From: Fusobacteriota bacterium
GTDB taxonomy: Bacteria > Fusobacteriota > Fusobacteriia > Fusobacteriales > JBNJFI01
Direction of reading: 5' to 3'
DNA: 12,851 nucleotides
Assembly (NCBI GenBank): GCA_051746725.1
Contig: JBNJFI010000061.1
Location: forward strand, 1-12,851
A model generated the notes under the pieces. The model was given only the letters and a program-made list of their open reading frames with translations. It did not search any database and was not told the DNA's origin. Position numbers and translations under genes: made by a program. Below are positions 7,347-12,851 of this stretch, in pieces. How positions within the stretch are numbered: position 1 is the stretch's first letter; every line of letters begins with the position of its first letter.

Positions 7347-9554
7347 TTAATATACCCACTCGGTCACTTCTAAGTTTATAGTTTCACTTTCAGATTTATA
7401 TTCATAAATCCTATTGTTGTAATCATCGCCAGTAAATCCAGCTCCACTTCTACTAGAAGTATCTTCATATGTCCCTAAACCCATTACAAATTTGAATATT
7501 AAGTCACTACCCAACTTTTGATCTATTTCTATTTCATAAATATTATTTCCTATATTTTTTAATTTATAATCTTCTGAGATCGTCCAATTATTAATATTTC
7601 CTGATATATATATTTGGGCATCCTCTTGAGTACTTTCAGGTACAGTTACCTTCATTGTCACCTTTGGAATTTCTATATCTGACCCAACGACTGTTAGATC
7701 ATTGGAAGTAGATTTCAATATTAATGTATCATAACCAGAAATTTCTATATCTTCCGATACTTCAACTCCTCCCATTAATTCAGTAGCTGATTGGTCTAAA
7801 GTTATCACCCGAGAAATATCAGTCAAATTATGTATAATATATAGATTATGGTTTTCCTCTTTAACTTTATATCCATACATCATATTAGGAGTATTAATTT
7901 GGTTATAATTAGATATATCAAATAATGATTTATTTTCTTTTCTTATTTTTATTAATTTTTTATAATGCTCAAAAATTGACTCTGGATCACCATCTTGCTC
8001 TTCTAAAGATATACCATCGTTAGCCTCTGTATAGGCCATAGGATTATAAAAACCACCTTTCTCCATGGTAGTCATCCCTGGGCCAGAAGCCGATGCATAC
8101 CAATCAAATGGTTCTCTGATGTTATCATCTGGTTTTCTCCCCAATTGACCTAATTCCTCTCCATAATATATAAATGGAGTTCCTGGAAGAGTTAGTAATA
8201 AAGATCCAGCTAGTTTTTTCTTGCTTTCATTATTTCCCAGTACAGAACCGACTCTATCTTGATCATGATTTGTCAAAAAAGTAGAATCAATAATATTATC
8301 TGTATATTGTCCGTATACATCATAAATAGATCTTATTTCTGATAATATATCTATTTCATTTCCATTGGCCATGTTAAGAAATCTACCTGCAAGTGAAAAA
8401 TTAAATGATGAGTCTAAATCTTCATAAAATTTAGCCATTGTATTGGTATCTGTCCAATTTTCTCCTACCAAAAAAGCCTGAGGATTTACATTCTTTACAG
8501 ATGTATTGAACTCTTGCCAAAAATTATGGGTAACTTCTGAATCCTTATCATCTATATGAAGAGCTGCGTCAAGCCTAAACCCATCGACTCCATCACTAAA
8601 ATCTCCATCTCCATTTGGGTCTAACCAATATTTTGCAATCTCTTTCATCTCACTTCTTACCTCTGGATTCCTCAAATTAAGATCAGGCATCTGATCCCAA
8701 AATATACCATAATAATAATCAGGAGCCGAAGCGTTATGCCATACATTTTGTCCCCAAGGACCTATTTCATCTAAAGATTCATATTCATCTAACCATCTAT
8801 AATAATCTCTATATTTTGAATTTCCATCTGCCGCTTCTATAAACCAAGGGTGCTTAGCTGAAGAATGATTTACAACTAAATCCATAATAACTTTTATTCC
8901 GTTATCATGTGCAGTCTCTAAAAAGTCTATAAATTCTTCCTTTGTTCCATAATCATCATTAATTCCATAATAATCAACTACATCATATCCATGATAAGTT
9001 GGAGATTCATTTATAGGCATAAGCCATATTGCTTCTATTCCCAGTTCTTTTAAGTATGGGATTTTTTCTTTTAGTCCTACAAAATCTCCAACTTCATCAT
9101 CATTCCCATCATAAAAACTTCTTACGAAAATTTCATAAAATGTTGTTTCTTTAGCCCAATCAACAGGATCCCACAAGCTTTGATCAGATAATTTATAAAA
9201 GCTTAAGTTTTCACTAATATATATTTTATCACCATTTATCACTTCAATTTTATAAAAATATTCCTGATTAGAATTCAAATTAGATATTTTTACTCCATTA
9301 TTTTTATAATTTTCGATTTCCTTAACTTTTTTTAAATCATCTTCCGTTTTCCCAGTATAAATATTGACTTTACTTCCTCTTGGAGCCTTAAATAAAAATT
9401 TTACAGTGTCTTTGCTTATATTTATATACTCATTTTCCCTAGAAATAATGTCATTTGATTTATATATTTTATCTTCTTTTAAGTCTTCATTTATACATCC
9501 TATTAATACTAAAAATATAATAAGTAATGATAAAAATTTTCCTTTTTTCTTCAT
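7347..9554 (-). CDS. Alpha-amylase lipoprotein, GH13_36-type, with N-terminal FN3-like domain and C-terminal CBM20-like starch-binding domain (735 aa)
   Basis: Lipobox VLIG-C; AGGAG at 9560-9564. Motifs FYEIFVRSFYDG, YHGYD, DLVVNH, MPDLN, GFRLDAALH, VGENW, FLTNHD, LPGTPFIYYGEE. C-terminus VTMKVTVPESTQEDAQIYISGNINNW..YEIEI..FKF..NR..VTEW resembles amylopullulanase CBM20. Confidence 0.95.
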   Translation of the reverse strand: MKKKGKFLSLLIIFLVLIGCINEDLKEDKIYKSNDIISRENEYINISKDTVKFLFKAPRGSKVNIYTGKTEDDLKKVKEIENYKNNGVKISNLNSNQEYFYKIEVINGDKIYISENLSFYKLSDQSLWDPVDWAKETTFYEIFVRSFYDGNDDEVGDFVGLKEKIPYLKELGIEAIWLMPINESPTYHGYDVVDYYGINDDYGTKEEFIDFLETAHDNGIKVIMDLVVNHSSAKHPWFIEAADGNSKYRDYYRWLDEYESLDEIGPWGQNVWHNASAPDYYYGIFWDQMPDLNLRNPEVRSEMKEIAKYWLDPNGDGDFSDGVDGFRLDAALHIDDKDSEVTHNFWQEFNTSVKNVNPQAFLVGENWTDTNTMAKFYEDLDSSFNFSLAGRFLNMANGNEIDILSEIRSIYDVYGQYTDNIIDSTFLTNHDQDRVGSVLGNNESKKKLAGSLLLTLPGTPFIYYGEELGQLGRKPDDNIREPFDWYASASGPGMTTMEKGGFYNPMAYTEANDGISLEEQDGDPESIFEHYKKLIKIRKENKSLFDISNYNQINTPNMMYGYKVKEENHNLYIIHNLTDISRVITLDQSATELMGGVEVSEDIEISGYDTLILKSTSNDLTVVGSDIEIPKVTMKVTVPESTQEDAQIYISGNINNWTISEDYKLKNIGNNIYEIEIDQKLGSDLIFKFVMGLGTYEDTSSRSGAGFTGDDYNNRIYEYKSESETINLEVTEWVY
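8152..8183. repeat. 32-bp exact repeat shared by the two GH13_36 paralogs (copy 2)
   Basis: Identical to 2865-2896. Confidence 0.85.
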
Positions 9555-9625
9555 TTCTACTCCTTGTTTTATAATAATAATTAAATTTTTTGTTAAACTG
9601 TATTAAAACATTTAAAAATATGTAG

Positions 9626-9657
9626 AAAAAAAGGTTGGCATATCGCCAACCTTTTTT
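9626..9657 (-). terminator. Rho-independent (symmetric, potentially bidirectional) terminator after the right pullulanase
   Basis: Plus strand AAAAAAA-GGTTGGC-ATATC-GCCAACC-TTTTTT: perfect 7-bp GC-rich stem flanked by A7 and T6 tracts, 8 nt after the TAG stop. Confidence 0.92.
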
Positions 9658-9665
9658 GTTAAAAC

Positions 9666-12600
9666 CTATTTTGCTATTACTGCTGAACTATGTGCTGGAA
9701 TTGTTACTGCTCCATCATTTATTTCTACTTCAGTATCTGAAAGTGGATCTATTCCGGCTTCATCTCCATCCATTATTACAGTCCAATCAGATTTATTTAC
9801 TATTTCATCAGTATTTATAGTTAAAGGATAATTAGCTGCATTATGAAGTACTATTAACTTAGTATAAGCTGTTCCACCAAGTCCATTAGCTAATTGATCT
9901 CTTTCCAAAGTATTATCCAATGTATATGCTATAAATTTCTCTGGTTTAACTGATACTGATCCAGACCCTGGTTGATGATCAATTATTGATAAATCAACTG
10001 TGATTGTGTCATCTTCCAAAATTTTAGAAGGAATTATTCTAGTATTACCCATTCCAGAATATGCATTTGGTAATGCATCCCATTCTCCAGGAGTTTCTAC
10101 TAACTTAAAGTTTAAGTCACTAGTTGCTCCCCAAGCATCTAATCTAAATTTAGATATATCTGCACTTGTAAATGTAATGCTTCCTTCTCCATTATCATCT
10201 ATAGTTACACTTATATCATTTGACTCTGGATTATCTTCGCTTTCTTGAGGTTCTCCAGCAAAGTAATAAGTATTACCCTTAGCAGCATCATCTGCATTTA
10301 TAAAGTTAATTGTAAATGAATCAACTTCGCTAAATTCAGTATATCCTGCAAAAGCTGGTCCCTCTTCTTCTAATTCAACTTTTTCTTCTCCAATAAATCT
10401 CAATCCATCTTTAATATTATCTGCACTTGCATATCTCAATGCAGGAATGTTTCTTCTCATCTTGATTAATCCTCTATAATATTCTAAAATATCATTCTCT
10501 CCATTAGCATTGTTATCAAACTCAGTACTAAATGCTCTAGTCCAATCAATCATATTTGTAAAGTCTGATGAAGAATAGCTATTTTCATGGAATCTAACTG
10601 TCCCTCTTTCTGGATTAACAAATTCAGTAGTATGAGCTCTACCAGGTTCACCATCATTCGTTGCAAATGGTTTGCTTCTTCCTAATTCAACTCCACCTTG
10701 GTTTATTACTTTTCCTTGAGAAGTCATTAGCATTGCCAATGCTTGGTTATGTCTTGCTATTCTTTCTTCAACACTTCCATCAAATGCTAAGTTTACTCTA
10801 TCCCAAAGAGTAAATCCATCATGTATACTTTGATAATTTAAAGTATCTTCTGGACTATCTGCAAATCTATTATAATCATCTGTATCTATTGCTGAATAAC
10901 TAGTTCCTGTACTATCAGGTCCTTGAGGGAATTCTTTTAATCCAGCAATTATCCCTGCTTTTGCCTTTGCATTTTGAGAATGTTGACCTAATAAAAATCC
11001 TTTAGTTCCAGCATTATCTACATGCGCTGCATAACTATCTCTCGATGTATCATTAAAGTATCCTATGTCTAGATTATTATCACTAATACCTTTTACATAA
11101 GATTCTCCTGCATCAGCATTTAAATCTGTAAAGTTCCAAGCCTCACCATGTAATATTATATCATCACCTAGTTCTGCTCTTGCTTGATCCATTGTTCCTT
11201 TATCAATGAATCCCATAAGGTCAAATCGGAATCCATCTATTCCAAATTCATCTACATAATATTTCATAGAATCAAGAACTAATTTTCTTACCATTGTATT
11301 TTCAGTTGCCACAGCAGGATCTCCAACTGGTCCAGTTCCTGTATCAGGTCTGTAATATAAACCTGGAGCAACATTATTAAATGTATCGTTATTGTAAGTA
11401 TGATTGTATACAACATCAATTATTACACCAATTCCTGCTTCATGTAATGATTGTACTAATTGTTTTAACTCTTTTACCCGAGAATATGGATCCGTTGCAT
11501 CTGTTGAATACCATCCTTCTGGTGTAAAGTAGTTATGAGGATCATATCCCCAATTAAAGTTAATCTCATCATCATTTTCTCCTACATAACTTCTATCAGT
11601 TTCATTAACTGTATAAAAATTATGAATAGGCAATAACTGAACATGAGTAACTCCTAAATCTTTTAAATAATTAATTCCTTCAGTAAATCCTTTATAAGTA
11701 CCTTTTAACTCATCATCTATATCTGCAGCTATTGTAAAGTCTCTTACATGAATTTCAGAAACCACCATATCTACATTATTAGCCATTATATCTGGATTTA
11801 TAGTAGTAGTATCAAATCCAATTGGTGTAGCTTTTGATGAACTTGTATCTATTATTGCTGCTTTCCCAACTTTATCATCTCCAGCTGGGTCATAAGAAGC
11901 CATAGATTTTGCGTATGGATCTAAAGCTCTATTTGTTTCTCCATTAGCTGTTACTTCATATTGATAATAATACTCGTCTAAATTAGAAATGCCAGTATTA
12001 TCTTCATCTAATGTAATGCTCCAAATTCCTTTATCTTTTCTAGTTAAAGCAATTCCAGCTTCAGAAGTTACTAATTCTGTTTGGTCATCTTTAGAATAAA
12101 CATGAACTTTTACCTCTGTTGCCACAGGTGTCCAAAGTTTTAAATCTGCAGACCCATCAGAATTCAACGTAACTCCTAGATCATTTCCTGTATACTCAAA
12201 TTCAAAACTATTCGCTAAATCTTTTGATAAAGTAGCCCAAGTATAAGCTGCTGTTTTTACTGTAGCTTTATAATTTTTAGAAAAAGCTAAATTTAATCCA
12301 GTAAGAGTTACATCTTTTCCATCTTGTGCAAAGTTATATCCCGTTATTTCATTACCTGCATTGTCTTTCAAATGAAAATCACTTTCATCAATTTCCATAT
12401 CTGCAGTTAATTTAATATTTATCTGACTGTCTGAAATTATTTCCATAGAGGCTACTTGAACTCCTGTGTAGAAAGGTTCCGTTGCTAAAGTATTATTTCC
12501 CTCTATTAACCAAAATTCGTTATTTCCATTTAGAGATAATCCAGTTCTATCTTCACCATCTTTAGCCCCTCCAACATTTCTAACTACAATATTGAAGTTA

Positions 12601-12851
12601 GCACTTGCATCTCCTATTTCAAAATCTCTATATACACCATATTCATCTTCCTCAGTAAATTTAGGAAATACTCCTGCATCCCAATCAGGATTTTCAACAG
12701 GGTTTACCAACGCATCTCCCCATAACCAAACACCCCAATTTGAGTCATAATCACCGCTATATCTATGATAATGAATTCTTACGTGACCTTCAGGAACCTC
12801 TCCTTCTACTACAGTTCCACCATTATCTCCATTTACATCTTCTGTTGTATC
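9666..12851 (-). CDS. pulA: Type I pullulanase (CBM41 - linker domain - CBM48 - GH13 catalytic - domain C with large insertion); 5' end lies outside the window (1061 aa visible)
   Basis: The frame stays open to 12851 and adds DTTEDVNGDNGGTVVEGEVPEGHVRIHYHRYSGDYDSNWGVWLWGDA before the TTG at 12710, so that TTG is internal to CBM41. Motifs YTGNDLG, LKLWTPVA, DPYAKSM, EIHVRDFT, LGVTHVQLLP, FNWGYDPHNYF, DVVYNHT, GFRFDLMG, HGEAW, YQSIHD, TSQG, NSYSSSD. Confidence 0.95.
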   Translation of the reverse strand, partial: DTTEDVNGDNGGTVVEGEVPEGHVRIHYHRYSGDYDSNWGVWLWGDALVNPVENPDWDAGVFPKFTEEDEYGVYRDFEIGDASANFNIVVRNVGGAKDGEDRTGLSLNGNNEFWLIEGNNTLATEPFYTGVQVASMEIISDSQINIKLTADMEIDESDFHLKDNAGNEITGYNFAQDGKDVTLTGLNLAFSKNYKATVKTAAYTWATLSKDLANSFEFEYTGNDLGVTLNSDGSADLKLWTPVATEVKVHVYSKDDQTELVTSEAGIALTRKDKGIWSITLDEDNTGISNLDEYYYQYEVTANGETNRALDPYAKSMASYDPAGDDKVGKAAIIDTSSSKATPIGFDTTTINPDIMANNVDMVVSEIHVRDFTIAADIDDELKGTYKGFTEGINYLKDLGVTHVQLLPIHNFYTVNETDRSYVGENDDEINFNWGYDPHNYFTPEGWYSTDATDPYSRVKELKQLVQSLHEAGIGVIIDVVYNHTYNNDTFNNVAPGLYYRPDTGTGPVGDPAVATENTMVRKLVLDSMKYYVDEFGIDGFRFDLMGFIDKGTMDQARAELGDDIILHGEAWNFTDLNADAGESYVKGISDNNLDIGYFNDTSRDSYAAHVDNAGTKGFLLGQHSQNAKAKAGIIAGLKEFPQGPDSTGTSYSAIDTDDYNRFADSPEDTLNYQSIHDGFTLWDRVNLAFDGSVEERIARHNQALAMLMTSQGKVINQGGVELGRSKPFATNDGEPGRAHTTEFVNPERGTVRFHENSYSSSDFTNMIDWTRAFSTEFDNNANGENDILEYYRGLIKMRRNIPALRYASADNIKDGLRFIGEEKVELEEEGPAFAGYTEFSEVDSFTINFINADDAAKGNTYYFAGEPQESEDNPESNDISVTIDDNGEGSITFTSADISKFRLDAWGATSDLNFKLVETPGEWDALPNAYSGMGNTRIIPSKILEDDTITVDLSIIDHQPGSGSVSVKPEKFIAYTLDNTLERDQLANGLGGTAYTKLIVLHNAANYPLTINTDEIVNKSDWTVIMDGDEAGIDPLSDTEVEINDGAVTIPAHSSAVIAK

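Noticed and set aside
7276..7359. 28-aa N-terminal extension given by the ORF track
   Set aside because: Overlaps the upstream gene and would bury the signal peptide; ATG 7275 has AGGAGG and a canonical lipoprotein signal.
9568..9596. TTAACA-17-TATAAA promoter-like match on the minus strand
   Set aside because: The implied +1 would fall inside the SD (9560-9564), and the region is extremely AT-rich.
9364..9606. 80-aa plus-strand ORF
   Set aside because: Antisense to the 5' end of the amylase; its hydrophobicity mirrors Lys/Glu codons on the coding strand.
9586..9663. TTTTTTGTTAAA repeated at 9586-9597 and 9652-9663
   Set aside because: Low complexity, and one copy is part of the terminator tract; likely chance.
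9635..9820. 61-aa Leu-rich plus-strand ORF
   Set aside because: Starts inside the terminator stem and is antisense to the pullulanase 3' end.
10000..10248. 82-aa plus-strand ORF
   Set aside because: Antisense shadow within the pullulanase insert.
9936..10388. Intein or mobile insertion as explanation of the pullulanase insert
   Set aside because: No intein terminal residues or homing-endonuclease motifs, no flanking repeats seen, and composition matches the host protein.
12708..12710. TTG start given by the ORF track
   Set aside because: Falls in the middle of the CBM41; the frame is open upstream to the window edge.
1..12851. CRISPR arrays, IS elements, tRNA/rRNA, riboswitches
   Set aside because: Intergenic gaps are only about 70-110 bp and are explained by terminators, promoters and SD sites; no periodic repeats or transposase motifs seen.

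Overview
AT-rich bacterial DNA carrying five consecutive minus-strand genes, all GH13 alpha-glucan hydrolases. In transcription order (right to left): (1) an acidic type I pullulanase, 5'-truncated by the window, with an intact CBM41 and an unexplained ~150-aa insertion in domain C; (2) a GH13_36-type (MPDLN) alpha-amylase lipoprotein with an FN3-like N-domain and a C-terminal CBM20-like domain; (3) a CGTase/maltogenic-amylase-like GH13 lipoprotein with Ig-like and glucodextranase-C/DOMON-like C-terminal domains, whose true start is 7275 rather than 7359; (4) a second GH13_36 lipoprotein, paralogous to gene 2, with two FN3-like domains; (5) a GH13_14-like type I pullulanase lipoprotein with a degenerate CBM41, 3'-truncated and missing from the ORF track. 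All four genes with a visible N-terminus carry a lipobox. Three intrinsic terminators and at least one good sigma70/sigmaA promoter split the array into several transcription units. I saw no RNA genes, mobile elements, CRISPR arrays, transporters or regulators. The locus looks like a membrane-anchored starch/glycogen/pullulan-degrading enzyme battery. The best candidate for novelty is the uncharacterised inserted domain. Family and domain calls come from motif recognition by eye, not from database searches.
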